Shown here in pieces: positions 38,301 through 47,533 of a stretch of DNA of 64,000 nucleotides. The first letter of the stretch is position 1; the number at the start of each line of letters is the position of its first letter. Source of the stretch: a virus; the IMG/VR virus record IMGVR_UViG_3300033802_000463, positions 32,001-96,000 of that record. One strand, given 5' to 3'. Position numbers and translations under genes: made by a program. The notes under the pieces are model-generated. The model had not been told where the DNA came from. It worked only from the letters and a program-made list of their open reading frames with translations, and searched no databases.

Positions 38301-41214
38301 TGAACTCTGTAATGCGATCGCCGCGATAAGCGGACTTGGAGCCCCACAGCCACCACCGGCTCTTACGCACCTCATCCACGCCATTCATCAGATAATCCGC
38401 GTACTCTTCAGCCGTGTACGTATCCTTCTCATCGATCGGCACAGTATTGCCCGTCAGAATATTGCCAATTGCTTCGATGGGGCTTCCGGATGTAAAGACA
38501 GCACCAAGAACATGCCCAGGTCCAAATTCACCAATCCCGGGCAAATACCATTCAGGCATCGCATCAAAATGCTCAATGCCCGGGTAAAGCATGCGTCTTC
38601 GAGCAAGGTCATCATTGACACCCATAGCATCTCTTGCCATGGCTGCCTCCAGATTTTCTCTTGCCCGCATGTTCTGCCATCTTGCTGTGATTCCCATGCC
38701 GGTATGTTTCTGCAGCTCATAATCGGCATATTGATAAGCTTCATACCCCAGATAAATTGGCAAAAATCGCTTCAAGAACAGAGATGATACGGTTTTCAGC
38801 GGACTGGACAGTGAATCCTGCGAAAAGCCAAGCCCCCAATCGCCGAGCGCATCCTGCAGACGGAACCATGGATACTGGCCGCCAAAAATCGAAAGTGTTG
38901 TGAAATCCTCCATATTTCGCCGGCCTGTGGTCCAGCTGAGCTGCTTCGCAATATCTTTGATGGTGTTGATGCCATCCCATCCGTTAAAGGCCTTGTTGAC
39001 ATATAAAAACTCGTCATTCACCAGGTTCGGCGGCTTCTGTCCTGTGAATTTTTCATAAATCGGATTCGTGCGTCGTACCGCTCTTAATACATCTTCACGA
39101 AATTCTTGAGAAAATGTGCCTTGTCCTAAAATCAAATGATTGACACTATCAACGGCAAAGGCTGGATTATCGTAAAACTGTGAGCTGGCTCGACGCAGCA
39201 GATGATGATTGAGCAGGAAATTTGCGTTTTGCGCATCGGCCGACAAAATGTCTCCGCTCCGATACAAGTCATTGAAGATCTTTCTGAGATTTAGATTGGG
39301 ATGACTTGCGTTATTCTCCGTTATCTGACGAATCAGCTCAAGACTAACTTCTCTCCGGATCCGATCGTGTCCGCTTTGAATCCGGGTATACTCATCAACA
39401 AGTAAGTTGCTCTCGCCAATCGGCCGCTTCGCCGCAAGGAACGAGTCCGGATCACGGCTGTACTTGCGCCAGATTTGGCGAATGACTTCTCCGGATTGAC
39501 TTTCCTGATAATTTTCTCCGAAGAATCGAAACAGCTTCATGATATGTTCTTCATTGGAGAAATTAATGCCGTTCTTCTCTAAGAATTGCTGAATATGCCC
39601 CGGCAGATACGTGCGAATCCTATTTAGCACACGCGGCGACAGCTCAACACTGTATTTATCAAAATAGCCGCGAAGCGCGCGCAAGCTCTCCTCATCAACA
39701 CCGCGATGCATGGCAGTGGTTACGATATTGCGCTCCCATTCTGGGTTCCAAATCTTTGTGATTTGGCTAAGCAGCTTGGGGCCAATCGCATCCTTGTCTT
39801 GCCGACCCAAATCGAATAACTTTTTGAATCGGCCGCGCGTATCTTCTTCGATATCCATAATGCCGCCTGTGCTGCGGTGAATTTTTGCGATCGTACCGAA
39901 GCGAGAGGATGTTGCATACATCTTTCGATGAGGATTAAGAATCTCCAAGGCTCGGGTTGGATCATTGACGGCCGCGGTATCCATCAATCTCACAAAGTCT
40001 CCGTTGATGAATACCAGATCCTCGTCCAGCGTACTGTTGATGTCTTTTCCCATTTGTGCAAGAAGGCTTTGATGGCGCGCTCCCATCGATACAACACGAA
40101 AGCTTCCGACTTCCCTTGCTTCCCGGATATTGATTTGATCCCGCAGGTGAAGCAGTCCGCCGGGCACCGTATTAGCTGCCTTTTTCTTTAGACCGAACAT
40201 CATCTCGTCGAATACTTTGTAATCCGTATAATCAATGATGTTTCCTGCGCTGTCGGTTTTGACATACAAATTGGCATCGAAGATTTGTTTGCGAAAATCA
40301 TCATGCCGGCGAATCATGTCATTAAGTTGGGCGACGGAATCCGCATCCAGCTGTATTCTTCCCGAGCTGTGCATAGCAAGAACATCTTCAACGGTTGCTT
40401 GCCGCTGTCCGCGAATATACCGGCTGAATGCAAATTCCCGCTTTACGACACCTTCTGCATTTGCTGCTGCCATTGTTTTAAGTTTGTCTTGCATGACATT
40501 AACGTATTGGCGAAACTCATCGCTGGTTCGGTAATTTACATTTCGCAATGCGTTCCGTGCATCCAATGCATGATCGATCAGGCTTTGTTCAATGCCCTGC
40601 TGATGCAAGAGTCCGCGAAGCTGATCGTCAGTATAATGACTCAAAAATCCAGGATCTTCCCGCCAACCAACCTTCATTGCCTCACGAACACGCTGCATGG
40701 GCGCGTTGCCAGCGCGCCGTTCCAGCTCCAGCATTACATCGCGGAAGCGAAGCCGATTTTCAATGCGGTAAGGGATATCATTTTGCAGCCGCTGATTGAC
40801 TTGCCGAATATACCGCAGCATATCGTATTCATTTTCCGGATCCCGCGCAGTAGCAAAATCGCTAAATTTGGACCTACGTTCATCCACGATGCGCCGGCGC
40901 CGCTCTGCAAAGTCACGCATCATTCTATCCAGGCGAGAAACGCTCATATCTTGACGCAACGCTCCCTGATGATCGAGCGTTTCTCGCAGGGCTAGAAGCG
41001 ACCCCTTTCCTTCAATCTCAAGAAATCGAGCAAACCGTTTCAGTGCTCCGATTCGATGCAGGACCGCTAATGCACCGACGCCAATGGCGGCATTAACAAG
41101 CAATGAACGAGCAGGCGATTGATCATCTTCGTCACTTGTCAAGAAGCGCGTAAGAGGCCGTTCATCTGTGCCATAATACTGCGCATACCTGGATTGTCCT
41201 GTTTCATCCGCCAT
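35314..41214 (-). CDS. Tape-measure-like giant tail protein (~1966 aa) with degenerate thermonuclease-like domain
   Basis: Directly follows the tail chaperones. Helical, with Gly/Ala-rich hydrophobic segments. SNase-like segment VTVTKFLDDYTF...IRLAGVD...NINQEILRRGL. Confidence 0.65.
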   Translation of the reverse strand: MADETGQSRYAQYYGTDERPLTRFLTSDEDDQSPARSLLVNAAIGVGALAVLHRIGALKRFARFLEIEGKGSLLALRETLDHQGALRQDMSVSRLDRMMRDFAERRRRIVDERRSKFSDFATARDPENEYDMLRYIRQVNQRLQNDIPYRIENRLRFRDVMLELERRAGNAPMQRVREAMKVGWREDPGFLSHYTDDQLRGLLHQQGIEQSLIDHALDARNALRNVNYRTSDEFRQYVNVMQDKLKTMAAANAEGVVKREFAFSRYIRGQRQATVEDVLAMHSSGRIQLDADSVAQLNDMIRRHDDFRKQIFDANLYVKTDSAGNIIDYTDYKVFDEMMFGLKKKAANTVPGGLLHLRDQINIREAREVGSFRVVSMGARHQSLLAQMGKDINSTLDEDLVFINGDFVRLMDTAAVNDPTRALEILNPHRKMYATSSRFGTIAKIHRSTGGIMDIEEDTRGRFKKLFDLGRQDKDAIGPKLLSQITKIWNPEWERNIVTTAMHRGVDEESLRALRGYFDKYSVELSPRVLNRIRTYLPGHIQQFLEKNGINFSNEEHIMKLFRFFGENYQESQSGEVIRQIWRKYSRDPDSFLAAKRPIGESNLLVDEYTRIQSGHDRIRREVSLELIRQITENNASHPNLNLRKIFNDLYRSGDILSADAQNANFLLNHHLLRRASSQFYDNPAFAVDSVNHLILGQGTFSQEFREDVLRAVRRTNPIYEKFTGQKPPNLVNDEFLYVNKAFNGWDGINTIKDIAKQLSWTTGRRNMEDFTTLSIFGGQYPWFRLQDALGDWGLGFSQDSLSSPLKTVSSLFLKRFLPIYLGYEAYQYADYELQKHTGMGITARWQNMRARENLEAAMARDAMGVNDDLARRRMLYPGIEHFDAMPEWYLPGIGEFGPGHVLGAVFTSGSPIEAIGNILTGNTVPIDEKDTYTAEEYADYLMNGVDEVRKSRWWLWGSKSAYRGDRITEFRPNAWRLAMSDWEHSNTNLTGEERYGEMNILPTFENPLGIFKRVLNGNEYYWEQKHYYDRPYLITGSLFNPNTMFFGDIGNATIGQLIKPSRYMHPEYWGDPVLVDAENQELGDRPTAPVVTRISPAGRIEHIVYAGPTDYGSSYAAGLTGAEETIGQEQGIRYFVANELDDQGNPTGAYVAQEIASGQAIYVPSSIAKEDYSIDQLFAMAAPIEPILDTSPRALRTEEFAYKNEVRNRKLRELNDPTSLNWRIQETAQNWTEPLGVYKWMFEEVVGDNTYAGEMVIQKADAANNLSNRFWGMNLGSLGGPVSEIGRRFIRRDDGQLDTYNPVRNTMPDWLPGANYFINFQVGDPYTKIEHGEYRLPGEAYEKLNTLHPDETGRYGAFDKFKILADVAPWSDEYKFWRDYVVANVTDPELRKQIAEIKRQVARRKQKYEFVDYRFKYADIEKYQVTVTKFLDDYTFLTKEFGDTPIRLAGVDYRPNAEGVLQSYISVGDKITIGVDADQSRRISDDTYQTMRAVVFDGLKNINQEILRRGLMKENLTDFSAPAVHARFTTDEIAEGARWESIAHFESALNTKFLQVRTALEEYERDQIYGKDWATWRNFLTSDYLIPSFQAAFRHDLLESMMRGGLIGGVIMAVLGGGGKRRTSAGAIVGALIGGLGHAYARHYEYTHDGEVWIPKRRRIEHDINEYFDILKYMKYTGLYEAAKREAAAQGYDVEALLADIEQKEAEVKQRRYELEQEKRRLYITQPKGWEERRREINQELAQIQESRWDELILPDIVRQALQYKEKSEETLYAIDPYDDRMKVARAFPTKDRWFFDEFVNAPERDRERILELVPRNQRRIYKALWGYGDEEVPPLEEYFQKYVLPDADWEGWRPEFDLESIKLKVVQNQQLDLSDFNFWPDDVEASRLAPDLTPYGNDLYQNEGFSYKRVRRTIQEVLEGQGLKNVNVMVTPNTGSTTRIGIQYQQDRSDEIDNYLRYNMASLM

Positions 41215-41238
41215 AACATTCACCTGCTTTTCTTTGCA

Positions 41239-41967
41239 TTATTCAAAATCCCCTTTCAGCTCCTCCTCTGCTCGGAACCAAGCCAGCTCTGGGAATATGT
41301 CATTCATCGTGTTCGGTTGATCCAAATTGACGGGTCTCCCTTCGGCTTGCGATAACATCCTCTCCACTTCTTCTTTGGAAAGCTGTTGATTTTTAGGGGA
41401 AACAGAATTAGTTTCTTGGACCGGCGGAGGGCTTACCGTATGTTGTTGCGGCTGCGCACCCGATCCAGGTTGATGATTTGCACTTGTCTCCTGTTCAATC
41501 GGAACCAGCTGCACGCCTCTCAAATTCACCAGTACCCATTCTGCCCGCGCAAGATAATACATCATTTTCTTGACGGACCAACTCTGAATTTCTTCCATTG
41601 AGATGTTCGGGAAAGCTTCATGAATAATCACGTCGGCTTGATAATCGAATATTGTCATATCTTGACGATATTGTTCCAGCAGCGCCTTCGCTTGGCCCTC
41701 TTGCAATCCGGATGCTTCAAGAATGAAATTGCTGATCGTTTCAGCAATTCCGGCAACATTATCAACAAAGTCATATGCTTGAGGATACAGTACTGCCTTT
41801 TGGCAAATAGCTTCCTGCATATCACTTATATTTTCTACGGAAAGAAGAATCTCTTTATATTCTTCTCGGCCAATGACCCGGAACACAAACTGTTGCTCCA
41901 GAATCGTTACTAAATAAACTTCCTCATACATGGATTTCCATTGTGCAATCTGTTCGTCACTCAGCAT
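41239..41967 (-). CDS. Tail assembly chaperone-like protein 2
   Basis: EQIAQWKSMY..VY......FVFRVIGREEY...VLYP...AG....IS..I...SG is paralogous to 42029..42481. Confidence 0.7.
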   Translation of the reverse strand: MLSDEQIAQWKSMYEEVYLVTILEQQFVFRVIGREEYKEILLSVENISDMQEAICQKAVLYPQAYDFVDNVAGIAETISNFILEASGLQEGQAKALLEQYRQDMTIFDYQADVIIHEAFPNISMEEIQSWSVKKMMYYLARAEWVLVNLRGVQLVPIEQETSANHQPGSGAQPQQHTVSPPPVQETNSVSPKNQQLSKEEVERMLSQAEGRPVNLDQPNTMNDIFPELAWFRAEEELKGDFE

Positions 41968-41992
41968 ATCGATCCGCCCTTATATAAAAATC

Positions 41993-42016
41993 AAGCAGGA
42001 CTCGACAGCCCTGCTT
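41993..42016 (-). terminator. Hairpin (GUCG loop) followed by GATTTTT
   Basis: AAGCAGGGCT-GTCG-AGTCCTGCTT between the two chaperone genes. Confidence 0.55.
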
Positions 42017-42028
42017 CGTTCTCATTGT

Positions 42029-42481
42029 TTAGAGTTTGATCGGCGCACTTTGGGCGACGAAACCGGATTTATCCATGATATTTTCAGACAGCAAACTTGG
42101 AACGCCGGCTTTTTCCGTCTGCAGCATTTCCCGTGTCAAATTGCGCGGATACAATACGCACATCACCGTGATTTCTTCTTCCCGGTCCATGGTGGTCAAG
42201 CTTTTATTATTAATGAGCGCATTGTATTCCCTGCGCTCCAGTACGCGCCAAATGTACACTTCATTTTCAATCGGCGTGAAATAGACGCCTTTGGGATATT
42301 TTTGTTTCCATTCTTCAACTTCCCGTCGCGTTGGACCGAATCCATCGAAGATGGGCGAGTTCCATTCTTCCTCTGTGTATCCAAATTCATTTACCGGCTC
42401 TTGCCTTTCTTGCTGATTTGCATTCCCGTTCTCAGGCTCTTTATTGGGATCCATGGGCGATTTCACTTGCTCCTCTTTCAT
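42029..42481 (-). CDS. Tail assembly chaperone-like protein 1
   Basis: VEEWKQKY..VY......YIWRVLERREY...CVLYP...AGVPSLLSENIMDKSGF. Lies between tube and tape-measure genes. Start MKEEQ after AGGAAGGGG. Confidence 0.7.
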   Translation of the reverse strand: MKEEQVKSPMDPNKEPENGNANQQERQEPVNEFGYTEEEWNSPIFDGFGPTRREVEEWKQKYPKGVYFTPIENEVYIWRVLERREYNALINNKSLTTMDREEEITVMCVLYPRNLTREMLQTEKAGVPSLLSENIMDKSGFVAQSAPIKL

Positions 42482-42545
42482 TTTCGTTCCCCTTCCTCGA
42501 ATCATTTTGTAATGCATTATTTTATTTTTATTATACTTGATTATT

Positions 42546-43325
42546 CTAGCGATATAAAGGCCCATTTAAGTCTCTTGCAATAAAGCCATAGTATTCGACG
42601 ATTGGCATCCCTTGCGCATCCGTTCCAATCCCGTGTTTGATCATGCTGTTAATTTGAACCCCATTTATGGTCTCCACCGTGATATTTGGCGGTTTGCGGC
42701 TGAGACTTGTTGTTGCGAAATTGGGCAGATTCGGATTCATGGCTTCGGATACTGCGCCATAATTGATTTTAATGTCAAACCCGATCGGATCGTGACGGAA
42801 GTACGTACTTGCGCTGGATGACAGCAGATTCTTCTCATCATCTTTCAAACCCCATAATGCCCGCTCATAATCATCGGCAATCTGATCGAAACTCTCTTTT
42901 CCGTACATGCTCAAAATCTCATCGAGCTTATATTTTTTGAAGTCATCCGGTTTGATGACACCTTCTTTTTGAGCGCTTTGCACTGCATACATCACGGCAT
43001 TGGCGTTTTCTAAAATCTGCTGCAGATATCCGACTTGCTTGAAGTTAATGCCAAATGATCCTTGAATCAGTCGGCGACCGCGCGCAACTGCATCAAACGT
43101 ATAAGAAGCATATCCATAGATCGGTAATACTTCTTCCTGCAGCTGAAAATTGAGTGATATGGCCTCATCCACCCAAATATCCCCGAAGAACAAATTCACA
43201 TCTGCACCGGAAAAATAATCCTCCGAAAACAATTGGTATTCCAGCCTTGTGTCCGGCCGTCGATACAAATTTCCTTGCGGAGCCGGTTTCATGCCTCGAA
43301 AGTTACCGTATAAATTGTATGCCAT
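42546..43325 (-). CDS. Tail tube-like paralog 3 (possible tube initiator)
   Basis: FSGADV...PIYGYAS...ARGRRLIQGSFGINF...FDIKINY...E...GVQI matches the tube gene. Confidence 0.7.
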   Translation of the reverse strand: MAYNLYGNFRGMKPAPQGNLYRRPDTRLEYQLFSEDYFSGADVNLFFGDIWVDEAISLNFQLQEEVLPIYGYASYTFDAVARGRRLIQGSFGINFKQVGYLQQILENANAVMYAVQSAQKEGVIKPDDFKKYKLDEILSMYGKESFDQIADDYERALWGLKDDEKNLLSSSASTYFRHDPIGFDIKINYGAVSEAMNPNLPNFATTSLSRKPPNITVETINGVQINSMIKHGIGTDAQGMPIVEYYGFIARDLNGPLYR

Positions 43326-43825
43326 TACATACCCGCTCCTTGTCTGATCCTTGTCAAAGGATCAATATCGAGTGCATAAAACTCATAAGTGTTTTCGATC
43401 AAAAGGTTGTTGGCGGACAATACTTTGCCCTCAGTATAGGTGGTGATGCCGTAGATCGTCATCTTGCTTCGCTGCCCATATTCGTTTGCCATACTGATGG
43501 TGACATCAAACATTGGCATTTCATCCATCAGCATTCGATAGCCTTGTGCAGCCACTTCTTCCATCGCCCGATAAACGATTGTCTCATCGAAGACGGTGAA
43601 ACTGAGAATCCCGGTAATTGTCCGCGCGCCGCGGGTAAATCCTTTCATGGTATGGCGACCGAGCGCTCGAACAGGATATTTTTCTCTGAATACGGAATAC
43701 GAAATCGTTGACAGCTCGCCAAATACAACCGGACCTTGGCCTGGAATATTTAACGTCGCAACCATGTCGGTTCCGCCATAACTGGTGAATGTTCGCATGT
43801 ATTCGCTCGGCATGATTCTTGCCAT
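43325..43825 (-). CDS. Tail tube-like paralog 2
   Basis: RTFTSYGGTDMVAT...GELSTISYSVFRE...RGARTITG.L.F...PMFDVTISMANEYGQ is strongly similar to 43892..44620. Confidence 0.75.
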   Translation of the reverse strand: MARIMPSEYMRTFTSYGGTDMVATLNIPGQGPVVFGELSTISYSVFREKYPVRALGRHTMKGFTRGARTITGILSFTVFDETIVYRAMEEVAAQGYRMLMDEMPMFDVTISMANEYGQRSKMTIYGITTYTEGKVLSANNLLIENTYEFYALDIDPLTRIRQGAGM

Positions 43826-43851
43826 GATTCTCACCTCTTTCCGGTATGTAA

Positions 43852-43879
43852 AATGGGACAGCCGTACAGCTGCCCCATT
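43852..43879 (-). terminator. Hairpin (GUAC loop) after the tube gene
   Basis: AATGGGGCAGCT-GTAC-GGCTGTCCCATT followed by TT. Confidence 0.55.
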
Positions 43880-43891
43880 GAAATTGGCGGC

Positions 43892-44620
43892 TTATGCGAA
43901 CAAGTTTTTGAAGTAGTTCCCAACCGTCCCGTTGTAGGAGTCTTCGCCGGAGTTGCGGAGGTTCTCCTTTGGCGTAACTCCTTTGATCTTGCGGGCAACC
44001 CAAGTATATGCTTTTGCCGAAACGACATCATCAACAGAGAATCCGGAACCTTCGTTCAAAATTTGAACGCCATAGATCTCCATGCCTGCACGTTGGCCGA
44101 ACTCGTTTGCCATCGAGATCGAGATATTGAACGGCATCAATTGGTCTGCATACTCCGGAGTATAAAACCCGGTAATTGCAGCATCATTGAACTGACCTTC
44201 GCCTTGAACGTTCGCATAACCCAATTGCGTCATCACATCATCCCAGGCTCTTACGCCGTAGCCGCGCTCGGTCCCCTTGAGTCCTGAGAGGATCGCATTC
44301 TCGTATGGATCCATATTGGCGACAAATTGCTGGAATGTTTGCATGATCGGCGCGCCCTGATATTGCTTTTTCATTTCATCCATCAATGCATCGCGGTCAA
44401 ACTGGGTGAAAATCAGTGAACCGCTGATTCCCCTTTTGCCGCGGCTAAAGCTTCTTGGATCCGGAGAACCCATCGTGTAAATTGGGGCCACTTCACGGAC
44501 AACTGAATAGCTGATGGCTTGCAATTCGCCAATCACCCGGCCGTTAAAGGTTGCCACAATATCCGCTCCGGAAAAAGAACTGAACGTTCGAGTATATCCT
44601 TCCATGTTCGGTCCAGCCAT
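43892..44620 (-). CDS. Major tail tube protein
   Basis: Immediately downstream of the sheath gene. SFSGADIVATF..GELQAISYSV.RE.APIYTMG...RGKRGISGSLIF. Confidence 0.8.
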   Translation of the reverse strand: MAGPNMEGYTRTFSSFSGADIVATFNGRVIGELQAISYSVVREVAPIYTMGSPDPRSFSRGKRGISGSLIFTQFDRDALMDEMKKQYQGAPIMQTFQQFVANMDPYENAILSGLKGTERGYGVRAWDDVMTQLGYANVQGEGQFNDAAITGFYTPEYADQLMPFNISISMANEFGQRAGMEIYGVQILNEGSGFSVDDVVSAKAYTWVARKIKGVTPKENLRNSGEDSYNGTVGNYFKNLFA

Positions 44621-44646
44621 AATGATTTCACTCCTTTGGTTTAATT

Positions 44647-44674
44647 CATGCGGGAGCTCTACAGCCCCCGCATG
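44647..44674 (-). other. Intergenic hairpin (GUAG loop) between sheath and tube genes
   Basis: CATGCGGGGGCT-GTAG-AGCTCCCGCATG, with no U-tract. Confidence 0.55.
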
Positions 44675-44716
44675 GTTGTATCATTTTGGTGTTGTTTATT
44701 AAACTAAACCAAACCT

Positions 44717-47515
44717 TTAGGAAGCTTTCAGCACAACTGAGGTCAAGAACTTCCTCGTTTCAAATTGCGGCACAAGCTCCAGCGTGACAAATGCATTGCC
44801 AAGCACGGCATCTTGTACAGAGCTGTAGATCGTGAACTTGAAGCGCTGAATGACACCAAGCTCCTTCAGGCGATCCAGTCCTGCCTGGATTTCGGCCGAC
44901 AGCGCATTTCGCTGTGCCAGACCATTTGGCAATCCGATGAACGGGTCAGCCTTTTTGCGGATGAGTTGAACCGCTGTGTGCGTGATTCGGAGCGTGGAAA
45001 GACGAGTGTAATCCGAAGTCGGGCTTGCTGCCGTGATGCCGTCTTTTACCACAAACCGAGATGAGTTCCCGGCATTGCCGCCGAAAATCTTACGGTCAAA
45101 CGTCACGTATCGACCGCCTACAAGCTGATTGTGCTGCGCTTCCGACAAAATGTAACGGAGTCCGGTCACTGAATCCAATGCTTGGTTCGTAGTTGCCACT
45201 TCCGGATTCAATGTCGTAATCAGAGCGCCGTAGATTGTTGCCCCGCTCGTAACATAATTGCCGAGCTTGTCGCTCGATTGGCCAATCTCAGGTCCGAACA
45301 AAACGCTGATATAGCGGCCGACATCAATTCGATTGCCTTCATCATCCAGGACATATTCGAAGTTGGCCTCGTTGTACATGTAGTGTTCGTTCGTATAATC
45401 CAGGCGGATACCTTGCTCTTTGTACAAAGCTTGCCGGTCATCGCTGAGGCTTTGCGGCGAGATGGCGCCCGTCAGCAAATCTACGTACTCTTGTACGGCC
45501 ACCAGGCTGGAATCCAGAGCCGGTGCGACGCCGATTACCCCGATGGTCTCCCACGTTTTGGCCGTGACCACCGCGCAGTGTTGTGCCAGCTGTGTTGCGA
45601 AGTTCTTGTTCGGCTGCTCGCTATCAACAACCGTGTTTGCATAAGCATCCAACAGCACGATAACATCCACGACATAGTTCTCCAAGCTGGAGTAGATGCC
45701 TTGCTTAACCAGCTTGGTTTCACCCTTCGCATTTTGTTCGTATACGCCGCCCAGTTTTTCAAACAGCTTTTTCATGTCCTCTTCTTTGGTAACATCGAAA
45801 ATGCCGTCTTGGCCAAGCCACGGATAACGTTCAGGCGTATGCTGCGGAGCCGAAGGATCTTCTTTCAGGACACTCGGTGCCTCTTGTCCAAGATAGACTG
45901 CTTCCGGAATAGCCCCTTCGCCGGTTTGCAGCAATCCTTTAATCGGTACACTGCCAAATGCGTTGTCGCAAGACAAGTACACGATATTGTTCATCGGGTC
46001 ATTGTTGACATGCTTGATGAACTCGCGCATCGTGCGCACTTTGACTTTTGCCAGATCAGCCGTCTTGTACACCAATGCTTCATCCGATGCATACAGTTTC
46101 TTTTCTTCCGGTTTGAAGAACGTGATAATCTTTTCATTGTCAGCCGCATGCTCCGGATCGATTTCAACTTTCACGGATACACCGCGAATAGATTCGGGAT
46201 CATAAATATCCGTCAGGCTGCCGTAAATGGAACCCGGATATTTCCCTTCAACGACCAGTTTCGGATCCTGCACAGTGCTCGCCGAAGTCTTATAGGAAGC
46301 AAACAATTGCGCTCCGACCGGAACCGCACCGGCAAATACCGTCACTTTCTTGTTGATCGCGCTGTAAGAGAAATCAACGCCTTCAACAAGCTCGTATTTG
46401 TTTGTGCCAACCATGTAGTAGACCTTGAAATTTTCCGCTTGCGGCGTGTAGTTCAGGTCATACTCGGCATCAACACCCGGGATTCGCTCCGTCACTGAAT
46501 TTTCATTGATCAGCGACGTATACCAGGCATATTCCACCATGACCTGCACGTTGCCGGTAATGCTTGGATACGTCCCTTTTGCCACTTCTGCATCATAAGC
46601 AGCTGTGAAGAAAATTCCGCCGTCCGCATAATCTTGATCAGACCATGGATCTCTCAGCGGATCCGCCACTTGACCTTTACCCACGCGATAGATATACTCG
46701 CCGGTCGGCGTCATAGATGGAATGGTATACACTTCATTATTCGTCAGGTCTTTCACCACGACGGTTGGGATATGGCCGCTTTCCAGCTTATTGGACCAAT
46801 TGCGGCGAGACGAATAGAAGTAGTGCGTATTCACGGTGTCCCGTGTCAGCGTATAGTCCGGATCGCTGTAGTCCGGGATGTCGCCTGAATCTCTCTTCGG
46901 AACCAGCGTATAGCTTCTGGTTTCGTAATTGTAGGTCACTTTAACATCATCCATCGGCCGCATTTTATTGGCATAAAAGTAAGCCTTCTCTTGGCCGGGC
47001 GTGCGATCCACATAATCCAGGGCATTCGCAATAACCGTCGAATTGTTTTCCTTGTCGATCGCTTCGATCTTTGTAATTTCAACGAGCTCACCTCCGGCCG
47101 GAACATTCAGATTCACGCTAAACGCCGTGTTGCCGCCCGCATAATCAAGGAACTGCTCCATGTTGCGCGCAATATCTTTGGCCTTCAGTTCCGTCCGCGC
47201 GGATACGCCATCGATGCGCAGCAAACGAACATCTTCGTTGCCGGCGCGAATCGCTTCATACATGCCACGAATCAGGCTTGCTCTGACCGGTTCTTTCGTT
47301 CTGCGGTCCACCAGTCCGCCGAACAGTTTTTCAGCGGATTTGATGCCGATATCACGAACCGAGATCGGTTCTCCTACAGGACCATCCACCGCACTGCCAA
47401 TGAGCAAAATCGATTGCGTATTTGCTGCAAGGCGCTGATCACCAGCATAAAGATTCCCATCTTCATAAGTGACTTTGACACCAGGGAGATTTTGATACTT
47501 CTCTGTCTGTGCCAT
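44717..47515 (-). CDS. Tail sheath protein (932 aa)
   Basis: N-terminal LPGVKV, LLIGSAVDGPVGEP...AEKLFG. C-terminal SDYTRLSTLRI...FIG.PN...LELVPQFETRK. These are sheath-family hallmarks. Confidence 0.88.
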   Translation of the reverse strand: MAQTEKYQNLPGVKVTYEDGNLYAGDQRLAANTQSILLIGSAVDGPVGEPISVRDIGIKSAEKLFGGLVDRRTKEPVRASLIRGMYEAIRAGNEDVRLLRIDGVSARTELKAKDIARNMEQFLDYAGGNTAFSVNLNVPAGGELVEITKIEAIDKENNSTVIANALDYVDRTPGQEKAYFYANKMRPMDDVKVTYNYETRSYTLVPKRDSGDIPDYSDPDYTLTRDTVNTHYFYSSRRNWSNKLESGHIPTVVVKDLTNNEVYTIPSMTPTGEYIYRVGKGQVADPLRDPWSDQDYADGGIFFTAAYDAEVAKGTYPSITGNVQVMVEYAWYTSLINENSVTERIPGVDAEYDLNYTPQAENFKVYYMVGTNKYELVEGVDFSYSAINKKVTVFAGAVPVGAQLFASYKTSASTVQDPKLVVEGKYPGSIYGSLTDIYDPESIRGVSVKVEIDPEHAADNEKIITFFKPEEKKLYASDEALVYKTADLAKVKVRTMREFIKHVNNDPMNNIVYLSCDNAFGSVPIKGLLQTGEGAIPEAVYLGQEAPSVLKEDPSAPQHTPERYPWLGQDGIFDVTKEEDMKKLFEKLGGVYEQNAKGETKLVKQGIYSSLENYVVDVIVLLDAYANTVVDSEQPNKNFATQLAQHCAVVTAKTWETIGVIGVAPALDSSLVAVQEYVDLLTGAISPQSLSDDRQALYKEQGIRLDYTNEHYMYNEANFEYVLDDEGNRIDVGRYISVLFGPEIGQSSDKLGNYVTSGATIYGALITTLNPEVATTNQALDSVTGLRYILSEAQHNQLVGGRYVTFDRKIFGGNAGNSSRFVVKDGITAASPTSDYTRLSTLRITHTAVQLIRKKADPFIGLPNGLAQRNALSAEIQAGLDRLKELGVIQRFKFTIYSSVQDAVLGNAFVTLELVPQFETRKFLTSVVLKAS

Positions 47516-47533
47516 GTTTTTCTCCTCCTTTAA

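Noticed and set aside
41968-42060. Programmed -1 frameshift joining the tail chaperones
   Set aside because: No convincing slippery heptamer before the first stop. The second gene has its own RBS and start and is a full paralog.
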